Positions 17,960-28,680 of a stretch of 64,000 bases of DNA are shown here, piece by piece. The notes beneath the pieces are model-generated. The model saw only the letters and a list, made by a program, of their open reading frames with translations. It did no database searches and was not told the DNA's origin. This DNA comes from Patescibacteria group bacterium (GTDB lineage: Bacteria > Patescibacteriota > Patescibacteriia > 2-12-FULL-57-11). The DNA is taken from the NCBI GenBank assembly GCA_004297205.1, contig SCUL01000002.1, positions 594,893-658,892 of the forward strand. The letters run 5' to 3'. The position numbers were made by a program, and so were the translations under genes. The stretch's first letter is position 1; each line of letters starts with the position of its first letter.

Positions 17960-18165
17960 CGTGCGGGGGCCACGGGGGGATGAATGACGGGACTGGGGAA
18001 AACTCGGAAAAGACTTGATTTTCAGCGGTAAAATGGCACGTGGAAGTGTAACACGGGGCGCGACTCGGTCAACTATGCACAGGAGCGCTCAAAGTGTTGA
18101 AAAGATGTGGATGGTATGTGTATGATGGTGCCACTCGTTCGCTGATCGAGGCAAGAACCCTACAT

Positions 18166-18306
18166 ATGCCGAAGCGCACATATCAGCCGAAGAAGCGGAA
18201 GCGCGCACGTACCCACGGATTCCGGGTCCGTATGCGGACCAAGAACGGCCGAAAAGTGCTGAAGAGCCGCCGCGCCAAGGGCCGTAAGCGCGTGAGCGTT
18301 CAGTAG
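18166..18306 (+). CDS. rpmH: 50S ribosomal protein L34
   Basis: [42 protein letters not shown] matches L34 almost residue for residue. The track ORF is extended upstream. Confidence 0.95.
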   Translation: MPKRTYQPKKRKRARTHGFRVRMRTKNGRKVLKSRRAKGRKRVSVQ

Positions 18307-18344
18307 AGACGGGGGCGGGGGGTTTCCCGCCCTTCGTCGTTTCT

Positions 18345-18692
18345 ATGTTGTCCGCCGACTTCCGCCTCCGTAAGAAGACCGACATCGACCGGGTCTGGAA
18401 AAAGGGCCGGAGCTTTGCCACACCTCTTTTTTCGCTGAAGATAGCCAAAAACGACCTTCCGGTGAGCCGCTTTGCCGTGGTCATCGGCACCAAGGTCAAC
18501 AAGCGGGCGGTGGTTCGAAATCTGGCCAAGCGTCGGTTGCGTGAGGCCATCCGGCTCCTCGGACCGCGGATCGTGGCCGGGCAGGACGTCATCGTCATGG
18601 GACGCGGCAAGATCGCGGACACCACCTACGACGAGATCAGTCGCACCATCCGTTTCGCCTTCGAAAAGAGCGGTCTCCTGAAGAACGTATGA
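18345..18692 (+). CDS. rnpA: RNase P protein component
   Basis: 115-aa basic protein following rpmH; conserved RNR-like block and overall RnpA pattern. Confidence 0.85.
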   Translation: MLSADFRLRKKTDIDRVWKKGRSFATPLFSLKIAKNDLPVSRFAVVIGTKVNKRAVVRNLAKRRLREAIRLLGPRIVAGQDVIVMGRGKIADTTYDEISRTIRFAFEKSGLLKNV

Positions 18693-18931
18693 TCCGCGCC
18701 GGCGTGCTGCTCGGCATCCGTCTCTACCAGCGGACGCTGTCCATCGACCACGGCCTGCTCCGGTTCGTCTATCCGGGCGGCGCCTGCAAGTTCTATCCGA
18801 GCTGCTCTGAGTACGGTTACCGCTCCATTGAGCGCTTCGGCCTCGTGCGCGGTTCCTGGTTGGCAGTGAGACGTGTTCTGCGCTGTCACCCCTGGAGTCC
18901 GGGCGGGGTCGACGAGATTCCGGAACACTAA
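18689..18931 (+). CDS. yidD: Membrane protein insertion efficiency factor YidD
   Basis: [16 protein letters not shown] motif. Overlaps the rnpA stop. No yidC follows. Confidence 0.85.
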   Translation: MIRAGVLLGIRLYQRTLSIDHGLLRFVYPGGACKFYPSCSEYGYRSIERFGLVRGSWLAVRRVLRCHPWSPGGVDEIPEH

Positions 18932-18957
18932 ACGTCCCGCCTAGGCGGGACGTTTTT
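18930..18957. terminator. Bidirectional terminator between yidD and the yggU-like gene
   Basis: Hairpin GTCCCGCC-TAG-GCGGGAC with a flanking A-run and T-run. Confidence 0.7.
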
Positions 18958-19267
18958 CGTCTGTCTTCTGCGGTTTTTCCGGCTTCTCCCGGGCGGCCTG
19001 GGGAACGTATCGGGCGAAGCGTTCCTCGAGGTGCTCCGGCTCCAGATTCCATATCTGGAGCGTCTTCAGCCGGTCACCTTCGCCGTACTGAATCTTGATG
19101 GTCGAGGCTGGCAGGTGGAGTTTTTCGGCGAGGAGACCGATCAGCGCTTCGTTTGCCCTGCCGTCTTCAGGCGCGGCCGTGACCGAGACCTTGAGCCGGT
19201 CGCCCTCCCAACCCCAAATCTTGTTGGCGTGCGAATGCGGACTGAGTTTGATTTTGAGCGTGGTCAT
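18941..19267 (-). CDS. DUF167/YggU-family protein
   Basis: 108 aa; the MTTLKIKLSPHSH...GEGDRLKTLQIW pattern resembles the UPF0235 family. Confidence 0.55.
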   Translation of the reverse strand: MTTLKIKLSPHSHANKIWGWEGDRLKVSVTAAPEDGRANEALIGLLAEKLHLPASTIKIQYGEGDRLKTLQIWNLEPEHLEERFARYVPQAAREKPEKPQKTDEKRPA

Positions 19268-20037
19268 ATTGTGCGGCGGACAAGAGCGAGCAACTTGTTG
19301 TGGAGATGGCCGTTGGAGACGATCAGGGTGCGGACGATGCGCCCCGGCATCCAGGCGCGGCCCGCCTCATCCGTTACGATGCCTCCGGCCTCCTCCACGA
19401 GCAAGACCCCCGGAGCGATGTCCCAGGGCTTGGCACCGCTGTAGATGAAGCCTTCAACGGTCCCGGCCGCGACCATGCCCAATTCAAAGGCCGCCGAGCC
19501 AAACATGCGGCAATAGCGGATTTTTGGGTGGAGGACGGCGTAGAGCTTGGCACCGCGGCGCATCTCCGCCGGGCTATAACCGTGGCAGAAAATCAGGGTC
19601 GACTCGGAGAGCCTCTTCCTGTTGGAAACATGGATGCGCTTGCCGTTACGCCAGGCGCCCTTGCCGCGCACGGTCGAGAACAGGTCGCCTGACATCGGGA
19701 GTGCGCTGACCCCGACCGTCGTCTCGCCGGCCTCGATGCGCGCGATGTTCACGCCCCAGATCGGCGTGCCGTGCGTGAAGTTGGTGGTGCCATCGAGCGG
19801 ATCGACGATGAAACCGGTATCGAAGCGTCCGTCGGGCAGGCGTTGCTCTTCGGACATGATTGTCGCCCCCTTCACGTGCGCCCGCAGCCGACGCGTGATC
19901 AGCTTGTCGGCGGCAAGATCAGCCACGTTCACGATCTCCTTGTGCGCCTTGAAACGAATATGATTGCCCGGCCGCAGGAAATACGACGTGAGCAGTTTTC
20001 CAGCCTCTTTGGCTGTTTTTTTAAGGAATCCTTGCAT
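19264..20037 (-). CDS. Inositol monophosphatase family protein (SuhB-like)
   Basis: IMPase motifs ...EE..., VDPLDGTTNF and WDIAPG. Confidence 0.8.
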   Translation of the reverse strand: MQGFLKKTAKEAGKLLTSYFLRPGNHIRFKAHKEIVNVADLAADKLITRRLRAHVKGATIMSEEQRLPDGRFDTGFIVDPLDGTTNFTHGTPIWGVNIARIEAGETTVGVSALPMSGDLFSTVRGKGAWRNGKRIHVSNRKRLSESTLIFCHGYSPAEMRRGAKLYAVLHPKIRYCRMFGSAAFELGMVAAGTVEGFIYSGAKPWDIAPGVLLVEEAGGIVTDEAGRAWMPGRIVRTLIVSNGHLHNKLLALVRRTI

Positions 20038-20039
20038 AT

Positions 20040-20873
20040 CTAGCCGTCACGGAATTTTTTGAGCAGCGCCAAATCCTTCTTCAAGGCGTCGTCCCAGGGG
20101 GTTTCAAGCTGAAACAACCAGTGCTTGAGTTTGGGGTGCTGGACGAGCGCCTTGAAGCCGTCGAGGCCGATGTGGCCCTCGCCCAGATGTTCGTGTCGGT
20201 CCTTCTTGCCGTTCAGCTCGACCTTGGAATCGTTGCAGTGCGTCATGGGCACGCGCTCGAGGCCGATCGTGGCGTCGAGTTTCTTTACGGTCGCGTCGAC
20301 CGCGGCTTTGGTGCGCAGGTCGTAGCCAGAGGCGAAGGCGTGTTGTGTATCGAAACACACGCCGAGCTTTTTTACTTTGATCTTGTCGAGGAACATGGCG
20401 ATCTCCTCGAAATTATCGCCCATGACCATGCCGGAGCCGGCGGAGATTTCGATCAAGAGCTGCGTCGAACCTTTGTAACCCTTCAAAACTTCCTTGATGC
20501 CCTCGATGGTGGCTTTGTGGGCCTCTTTTTCCCCCATGTCCTTGGCCGAACCCGGGTGGAACATGACAGAGGCGGCGCCAAGCAGCGAGCCGCGTTCCAG
20601 CTCGTCGCGCACCACGGCGACCGAGCCGTGGCGGATGCGGGGCGTGGCCGAGGCGAAATTGATGAAGTAGGGCGCGTGGATCACGAACTCCTTGAAGCCG
20701 CACTCCTCATGCGTCTTCCGGAATTGCTGGATCAGCTCCTTGGTGAGTTTTGGGGCGGGGCCGCCCTGCGGCGGACGGGAAAAGATCTGGTACGTCTCGC
20801 AGCCCAGCTCTTTGGCATTCAGCGGAGCGTTCCAGAGCCCGCCCGCAGCCGACACATGCGCGCCGAATTTCAT
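20040..20873 (-). CDS. nfo: Endonuclease IV (AP endonuclease, TIM barrel)
   Basis: 277 aa; MKFGAHVS...HAPY.INF...CFDTQHAF pattern of the Nfo family. Confidence 0.85.
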   Translation of the reverse strand: MKFGAHVSAAGGLWNAPLNAKELGCETYQIFSRPPQGGPAPKLTKELIQQFRKTHEECGFKEFVIHAPYFINFASATPRIRHGSVAVVRDELERGSLLGAASVMFHPGSAKDMGEKEAHKATIEGIKEVLKGYKGSTQLLIEISAGSGMVMGDNFEEIAMFLDKIKVKKLGVCFDTQHAFASGYDLRTKAAVDATVKKLDATIGLERVPMTHCNDSKVELNGKKDRHEHLGEGHIGLDGFKALVQHPKLKHWLFQLETPWDDALKKDLALLKKFRDG

Positions 20874-20918
20874 ATGTGGCCATGATAGCAGAAACCCCGC
20901 CGGGTGGCGGGGTTCCGC

Positions 20919-22202
20919 TTACTGCACGATCAGGTCGCGCAGGAACTCGATGGTCTTCCTATTGCGCATCCGGATCTTCAAGGACTCCGCATAGTCCGGC
21001 GAGGAGACGTACTTCTGCGCCTCGGGGTCGTGCTTGTAGTGGTTCACGGCTTCCTCGACCTGCTTGATGACCTCGGCATCGTCAGCCTCGATCTTTTCGG
21101 CCCGGCCGATGTCGCGGATGACGATGGCCGTCTTGATGCGCTTCACGGCCTGCGGCGCAAAGTCGAGCTGGATGTCCTGGCGCGACTTCTTCAGGCTGCG
21201 CAGGTATTCGCCGAACTCCATGCCGCGCTCCTTGAGCGAGGCTTCAAGTTCTTCAACCATGCGCGTCGTCTCCTGGGTCACGAGCTGGTCCGGAATGTCG
21301 TCGAAGGTCGTGCCGTCCACGATCTTCTCAAGCATCTCGAGTTCGACGCGCTGTTCCTCCTTTTCTTTCGCCTCCGACTCCAGATTATTCTTGAGGAGGC
21401 TCTTCAGTTCCGTCACCGTTTTTTGGCCCAGGGTGGCGGCAAAGGCATCGTCGAGCGCCGGCGGCGTCAGTTCGACGACCGAGCCGACCTTCACTTTGAA
21501 CTCCACGTTCTTGCCGGCGATGTTTTTCTGGAAGTGGTCGGCCGGGAAGGGGAGCGTGAAGGTCTTCTCGTCGCCTTTCTTGAGCCCCACGAGCTGGTCG
21601 GTCAGTCCGGGGACATAGGCCTCTTCGGACAGTACGACGCCGTGGTTCTGGGTCTGCCCGCCGTCGAGCGGGACGTTGTCGAGGAACATATGCATGTCCA
21701 CGACAATTTTGTCCGTGCCCGCGGCCGGACGGTCGACTTCCTGTTCCTTCGTTTGCATGCGGCGCAGCTCGTCGAGCGTGCGGTCCATGTCGGCGTCCGT
21801 GACTTCCGTCGGTTTGCGTTTCACCGTGAGGGAGCGGTAGTCGGCGAGCTTCGAGATGCCGGGCAGGGTCGGTGCGACCGCCTTGTAGACGAGCGGGTTG
21901 CCTGGCGCGAAGGTCACCAATTCGATCTTCGGCTGGCCGACCGTGGCCAGGTTCTCCTGCATGATGGCTTTGACGAAGCTGTGGCGGACGATGTCTTCGG
22001 CCGCCTCCTGCCAGATGGCCATCTCGCCGGTCTTGGCTTTGACGACGTCGTAGGGCGCTTTGCCCGGCCGGAAGCCATCGAGTTTCATCTGCTCGGAGAT
22101 GCGCGCCGCGGCGTTTGCGAGCTCCGACTGGATCTCGGCCGCCTCGAGCGTGATCGTCAGTTCGACTTCGGATTTGGGGAGTTTTTTGATGGAAACCTGC
22201 AT
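20919..22202 (-). CDS. tig: Trigger factor
   Basis: MQVSIKKLPKSEVELTITL N-terminus and GFRPGKAPYDVV motif. Start moved to the internal ATG at 22202; the longer track ORF is Ala/Pro/Arg-rich noise. Confidence 0.9.
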   Translation of the reverse strand: MQVSIKKLPKSEVELTITLEAAEIQSELANAAARISEQMKLDGFRPGKAPYDVVKAKTGEMAIWQEAAEDIVRHSFVKAIMQENLATVGQPKIELVTFAPGNPLVYKAVAPTLPGISKLADYRSLTVKRKPTEVTDADMDRTLDELRRMQTKEQEVDRPAAGTDKIVVDMHMFLDNVPLDGGQTQNHGVVLSEEAYVPGLTDQLVGLKKGDEKTFTLPFPADHFQKNIAGKNVEFKVKVGSVVELTPPALDDAFAATLGQKTVTELKSLLKNNLESEAKEKEEQRVELEMLEKIVDGTTFDDIPDQLVTQETTRMVEELEASLKERGMEFGEYLRSLKKSRQDIQLDFAPQAVKRIKTAIVIRDIGRAEKIEADDAEVIKQVEEAVNHYKHDPEAQKYVSSPDYAESLKIRMRNRKTIEFLRDLIVQ

Positions 22203-22236
22203 AGCGTTCGGAGTGTATGCGCGCGGAAGCGCCGCG

Positions 22237-22872
22237 TCAACCCACCAGCTCCAGACCGATCTGGTACTTGCTGCGTTCCACTGGCATGAGGCTGAAATGC
22301 CGGCCGATGATCTTTGCCACCGCTTCGACGGTCTCGGCGGTCGCGCCCTCTTCGGCCTCGACCTCGAGGTCATAGCGCTCGGCCGTGCCACGCGGACCGA
22401 TGAAGGTGGAACTGCCGAAGGTGGCGTTCCAGACGCCGCCGTCGCGGATGCCATGAAGCGCCCAGAAGACCTTGGAGACGCGGATTTGTTCGGTCATCGG
22501 CACTTCGCCGACCGCCTCGCGCACCAGGTCCATCGGCTTCGCCAGTTTTTTCCAACGCACCGCATCCATGGCTTCGGCCGGCGGCATCACTTCTTCGATT
22601 TCCGTCCGCGTCCGACGGTCGTCCGTGTTCTTTTTCACGGTCAGTTTGGCGCGCTCCGAGGAGGCGATGCCGACCCGCAGCAACATGCCGGCGGCGAGCA
22701 GCTTGCGGTCCGGCGTGTCGAAGTAAAAGTCGTAGCGCACGAGCGGTCCCACGAACGTCGAAATTTCGAGGCCGGGAATGGCCCGCGCCTCGGCCGCGGC
22801 AAGAATCGTATCGAACCCGGCGCGGTCCGGGATGGCGAGCTTCACTTCGATCTCCAGGTTGTTGTAGGCCAT
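22237..22872 (-). CDS. Stand-alone CYTH-domain protein (class IV adenylyl cyclase / triphosphatase-like)
   Basis: MAYNNLEIEVKL...YDLEVE (ExExK and ExE CYTH signatures). The 381-aa track ORF upstream extension is a high-GC artefact. Confidence 0.65.
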   Translation of the reverse strand: MAYNNLEIEVKLAIPDRAGFDTILAAAEARAIPGLEISTFVGPLVRYDFYFDTPDRKLLAAGMLLRVGIASSERAKLTVKKNTDDRRTRTEIEEVMPPAEAMDAVRWKKLAKPMDLVREAVGEVPMTEQIRVSKVFWALHGIRDGGVWNATFGSSTFIGPRGTAERYDLEVEAEEGATAETVEAVAKIIGRHFSLMPVERSKYQIGLELVG

Positions 22873-22950
22873 ACCGCGGCAGTGTATCGGCGACGGAGTA
22901 AAAAAAGAAGACCGCGACACGCTGTCGTGTGCGGCCCGAGTGTTCATACG

Positions 22951-22980
22951 AAAACGCCCGACCGTGAGGCCGGGCGTTTG
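22951..22980 (-). terminator. Intrinsic terminator 3' of hppA
   Basis: Minus-strand hairpin CGCCCGGCC-TCAC-GGTCGGGCG followed by TTTT. Confidence 0.65.
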
Positions 22981-23012
22981 CCCGCTTCTCCCTCTGCGGA
23001 GGGGGAGGAGTT

Positions 23013-25007
<1,995 letters not shown>

Positions 25008-25117
25008 AGCCGAAACCGAACGTGTACAATGACGTGAGTAAGAAAAGGCCCGGAAACATGGGCACGACGCCCTTCATGATAGGAACCGCACCCCGGACTG
25101 TCAACGCGACCCGCCGC

Positions 25118-25726
25118 ATGAGCGCCCCGACCTTCGCCGTGGAAAAAGCCTGGTACGCCCGCGGCGCGCGGCTGATTGTGGGCGTCGACGAGGCCGGCGC
25201 CGGGGCCTGGGCCGGGCCGATTGTGGCCGCTGCCGCGTCTGTTCCCCTGGATTCCCGGCTGGGCGGCATCCGTGACTCGAAGCTCCTGACCGCCGCCTCC
25301 CGGGAAGAGCTTTTGGCGGGTTTCGCGGCCCGTGGCATCCGCGTTGCCACGGCCGAGGCGAGCGTCGAGGAGATCACGCGGCTGGGCCTGCGACCCGCCA
25401 ACCTGTTGGCGCTCAAGCGCGCCGTCGAAGCCTTTGGCGAAATGCCGGATGCCGTGCTCGTGGATTGGTACCGCATTCCTGGGCTGGCCGCGCCGCAGGA
25501 AGCGTACGTTCGCGGCGACCGGCGCGTGAAATCCATCGCCGCCGCATCCATCGCCGCCAAGGTGACGCGCGATCGGCTGATGGCCGAGGCCGACCTGCAG
25601 TACCCTGGATATGGTTTCGGTGTACATAAGGGATATGGGACGGCCGCGCACCGGGCCGCACTGGCCGTCCGCGGCGCCTGCTTGCTCCACCGGATGACCT
25701 TTGCCCCATTGACGCCCTACCGTTGA
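25118..25726 (+). CDS. rnhB: Ribonuclease HII
   Basis: VGVDEAGAGAWAGPIVAAA (DEAG catalytic motif) and SIAAASIAAKVTRD. Start set at 25118 so that the divergent hppA promoter has room. Confidence 0.85.
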   Translation: MSAPTFAVEKAWYARGARLIVGVDEAGAGAWAGPIVAAAASVPLDSRLGGIRDSKLLTAASREELLAGFAARGIRVATAEASVEEITRLGLRPANLLALKRAVEAFGEMPDAVLVDWYRIPGLAAPQEAYVRGDRRVKSIAAASIAAKVTRDRLMAEADLQYPGYGFGVHKGYGTAAHRAALAVRGACLLHRMTFAPLTPYR

Positions 25727-25783
25727 CCGCCCCCCGTTTTCCTGCTATGGTATGACCGCTGAAGCGAAAAAGGCCCGGGTAAA

Positions 25784-27157
25784 TTGGCTCAACAGAGCGA
25801 TTTCATGGCCCACCGCGTCAAAACTCTACTGATTTCTGCTGCCGCCCGCACCCTCGGGTGGCTTTCTGCTTCCGAAGGGGGTCTTCGAAAAATCGCTGAG
25901 TTGGGTGCAAAACCGATCTTTGCCCTGGGCCGCCTCGGATTCCGCTTCGTATTCGTGCCGCTGTATGCCGTGGGGTATGCGCTGAAGCGCGCGCTGCGGC
26001 GCGTCGCCAATCCGGCCAAGAATCGGGTCATGTTCGTGATGGCCAACCGCTACGTGGTGCATGTCCTGATCATCGCGATCGCCACGGCCACCTCCGCGGT
26101 CTCCCTGTATGCCCGCGAAGTCCGCGCCGAGAACCTGGGCGAGCAGAGCATCCTCTACAAGCTGGTGCGCGGCGAGGAGGCCGAGCTGACCGAGGAGACG
26201 GCTGAATCCACGCCGACCCACATCGTTTCCTATTTCGATCCGCCGGCCGTCGAAGCCCAACTCGACGTCGACGACATCACGGCGGAGGACTCCGCGGGCT
26301 TGGCCACGATCGGCGACGCCGCGATGGTGCAGCCGAACATCACGGAGACCGACGTGACGCCGACGGGCACCCGCACCAAACCGGAGACGTACGTGGTTCA
26401 GGACGGCGACACCCTCTCCGGCATCGCCAAGAAGTTCGGCGTGTCCATCAACACCATCCTTTGGGAGAACAAGCTGACCCCGCGGGATTTCTTGAAGCCC
26501 GGCCAGTCGCTGGTCATTCTGCAGACGACGGGGCTCACCCACACCGTGGCCAAGGGCGACACGCTCGGCCGCATCGCCGCGCGCTACGGCGTGACTGCCG
26601 ATGACGTCATTGCTGCGAACTCGCTGGCCTCGGCCGACGACCTGCGCGTCGGCGAGAAGCTGGTCGTGCCCGGCGGCCAGCCGCCGACCCCAGTCGTGGC
26701 GGTTGCGCCGCGTCCGACGCTCGCCGCGGTCCGGAAGATTCTGACCGTCGACCGCGGCGGCACGCCTCCGCCCAACGCGCCGGCGAGCTCCGGCCGCATG
26801 GTCTGGCCGACGTCGTGGCGCGTCATCACGCAGTACTACGGCTGGAAGCACACCGGCGTCGACATCGACGGCGATTACAACTCGCCGATCTACGCTTCCG
26901 AAGCGGGCGTCGTGACGCACGCCGGCTGGGGCCGCACCAAGGGCGGCTACGGCTACTACATCGACATGGACCACGGCGGCGGCATCAAAACCCGCTACGG
27001 CCACGCCTCGAAGATCTTCGTGAATGTCGGCGACCAGGTGGCGAAGGGCCAGACCATCGCCATGGTCGGCACGACCGGCCGTTCCACCGGCACCCACCTG
27101 CACTTCGAAGTGATGGTCAACGGCAAATTCACCAACCCCCTGCAGTGGGTCCGGTGA
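25784..27157 (+). CDS. Membrane-anchored LysM-LysM-M23 peptidoglycan endopeptidase
   Basis: Two LysM repeats (GDTLSGIAKKFGVSINTI, GDTLGRIAARYGVTADDV) and the M23 core HTGVDI...GGYGYYIDMDHGGGIKTRYGH...GTHLHFEV. Confidence 0.9.
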   Translation: MAQQSDFMAHRVKTLLISAAARTLGWLSASEGGLRKIAELGAKPIFALGRLGFRFVFVPLYAVGYALKRALRRVANPAKNRVMFVMANRYVVHVLIIAIATATSAVSLYAREVRAENLGEQSILYKLVRGEEAELTEETAESTPTHIVSYFDPPAVEAQLDVDDITAEDSAGLATIGDAAMVQPNITETDVTPTGTRTKPETYVVQDGDTLSGIAKKFGVSINTILWENKLTPRDFLKPGQSLVILQTTGLTHTVAKGDTLGRIAARYGVTADDVIAANSLASADDLRVGEKLVVPGGQPPTPVVAVAPRPTLAAVRKILTVDRGGTPPPNAPASSGRMVWPTSWRVITQYYGWKHTGVDIDGDYNSPIYASEAGVVTHAGWGRTKGGYGYYIDMDHGGGIKTRYGHASKIFVNVGDQVAKGQTIAMVGTTGRSTGTHLHFEVMVNGKFTNPLQWVR

Positions 27158-27206
27158 TGTAAGGTATACTTACGGCAGGCGTAGGATCCTTAGTAACCTT
27201 CTCCGT

Positions 27207-27506
27207 ATGAACAAACGCATCATAGTCGGCATCGCGATCGTTCTGTTGCTCGTGCTCGGCCTGGGCTACGTTGCTTACCAGACGATGAATGACGGCGCGA
27301 ACACCAACATCAACGCGGCTGCCACTAGCACCCCGGCGGCCAACGCCAATACGTCCGGCGGCGCGGCACTGAACGTGAACGCCGGCGTTAAAGTGAACAC
27401 CGGTGCCAAGACCAACGGTTCGATCAAGAACACCGGCGCGACCGGCCAATTGCCGACGACGACCGGCAGCGACATCAACGGCAACATCGGTCAGCCGATG
27501 TACTAA
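27207..27506 (+). CDS. Small membrane-anchored low-complexity (Asn/Thr/Ala/Gly-rich) protein
   Basis: 99-aa ORF with an N-terminal TM helix then a repetitive NxN/TG-rich tail; followed by a terminator. Confidence 0.5.
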   Translation: MNKRIIVGIAIVLLLVLGLGYVAYQTMNDGANTNINAAATSTPAANANTSGGAALNVNAGVKVNTGAKTNGSIKNTGATGQLPTTTGSDINGNIGQPMY

Positions 27507-27512
27507 AAAAGA

Positions 27513-27562
27513 AGAGACCGCGCGATGCGGTCGTGGCCGACCCTCCGGGGTCGGCTTTCGTT
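27513..27562 (+). terminator. Intrinsic terminator (tandem hairpins)
   Basis: Hairpins GACCGCGCGATGCGGTC and GCCGACCC-TCCG-GGGTCGGC followed by TTTCGTTT. Confidence 0.55.
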
Positions 27563-27682
27563 TACGCGCGCTCTACGAAGGGGAGCAGAAGCGTCGCAGG
27601 CAGGGCGCGGGCGCGGCGCGCCTGCTTGGGCTCCGGTCTTGATTTTTTCGTTGCAGCGCGTATGATCGCGGCCGGAGGAGAC

Positions 27683-28246
27683 ATGCAGATTGACCGGTTC
27701 CTGGTGCCGCTCGTTGCGCGGCTGCCTGGCTGGGTGACGCCGAACAGGATCACCGTCCTGCGCGGGCTGATGCTCGTGCCGATCGTGCTCGTGTATCCCA
27801 CGCATCCCCTCGTGGCCGGCTGGTGTTTCTACGTTCCGGCCATGTTGTTCGACGTGGTCGACGGGGCGCTGGCGCGCCACCGAGGCATCTCAAGCGAGAA
27901 CGGCGCCTTGCTCGACGCCACGGTCGACAAGGTGCTGCTCCACGGCCTCGTGTGGCTCTCCCTGTTGCCGCACGTCGGTATCCTGCTGGCGGTGCTGCTC
28001 GCGGGGCTCGATCTGGCGCTCACGGGGATCCGCCCCCTGAAGCGCTGGCGCGGACGGAGTCTGGAGGCCAACGTCTTTGGCAAGGCAAAAACGATCGTCA
28101 TGGCCTTTGGCGTCGGTTGGATCGTCTCCGATGTCCCGATCTGGATGAGCGGCGGCATCGTGCTGCTTTGGGTCACTGTGGGACTCGCCGTGCTCTCGCT
28201 GGTGGCCCATATCGGCGATTTCTTCGGGAAGCGGGACGCTTCCTGA
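27683..28246 (+). CDS. CDP-alcohol phosphatidyltransferase family protein (PgsA-like)
   Basis: DVVDGALARHRG...G...DATVDK matches the D-G-x-A-R...G...D-x3-D motif; multiple TM helices. GGAGGAG RBS before the ATG at 27683. Confidence 0.75.
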   Translation: MQIDRFLVPLVARLPGWVTPNRITVLRGLMLVPIVLVYPTHPLVAGWCFYVPAMLFDVVDGALARHRGISSENGALLDATVDKVLLHGLVWLSLLPHVGILLAVLLAGLDLALTGIRPLKRWRGRSLEANVFGKAKTIVMAFGVGWIVSDVPIWMSGGIVLLWVTVGLAVLSLVAHIGDFFGKRDAS

Positions 28247-28263
28247 GGTGGTCGCCGTCTTTT

Positions 28264-28671
28264 TTATCTCGCGAAGTAGGGGCTGAGCAGTTCGTCGCGC
28301 ATCATCAGCGCGACGTTGGCTTTGTAGCGTTTCCAAAAATGCGGATGATGGACCATCCAGACGACCCGGAACCATTGGCGGACCCGGCGCGGCGGCTCCT
28401 GATGATGCGCGAACTCGTGGGCGATGACGCGCAAAATTGCGTCCGTCTTGCGCGGCTTCATGGTCCGCGGCGTATAGAGGTCCACGGTCATGCTTTTCTC
28501 GCCGGGTTTGGTGTAGCCCAGGCGTAGGTAGTGGAACTTGCCTTTGCCGCGCGAGCGGCGGCGCAACGGCTTCAACTCGAAACCGGAAAAGCCAAAGAGT
28601 CCTTCCGCGCGGCGGAAGAGATGTTCGATCAGCGCTTCGTGGCGCGGGTCGAGGAGGTCGGACATGGCCAC
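28264..28671 (-). CDS. YgjP/DUF45-like zinc metallohydrolase (HExxH)
   Basis: VIAHEFAHHQEP...FW motif in a 135-aa protein. Confidence 0.55.
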   Translation of the reverse strand: MAMSDLLDPRHEALIEHLFRRAEGLFGFSGFELKPLRRRSRGKGKFHYLRLGYTKPGEKSMTVDLYTPRTMKPRKTDAILRVIAHEFAHHQEPPRRVRQWFRVVWMVHHPHFWKRYKANVALMMRDELLSPYFAR

Positions 28672-28680
28672 AGTGTACCG

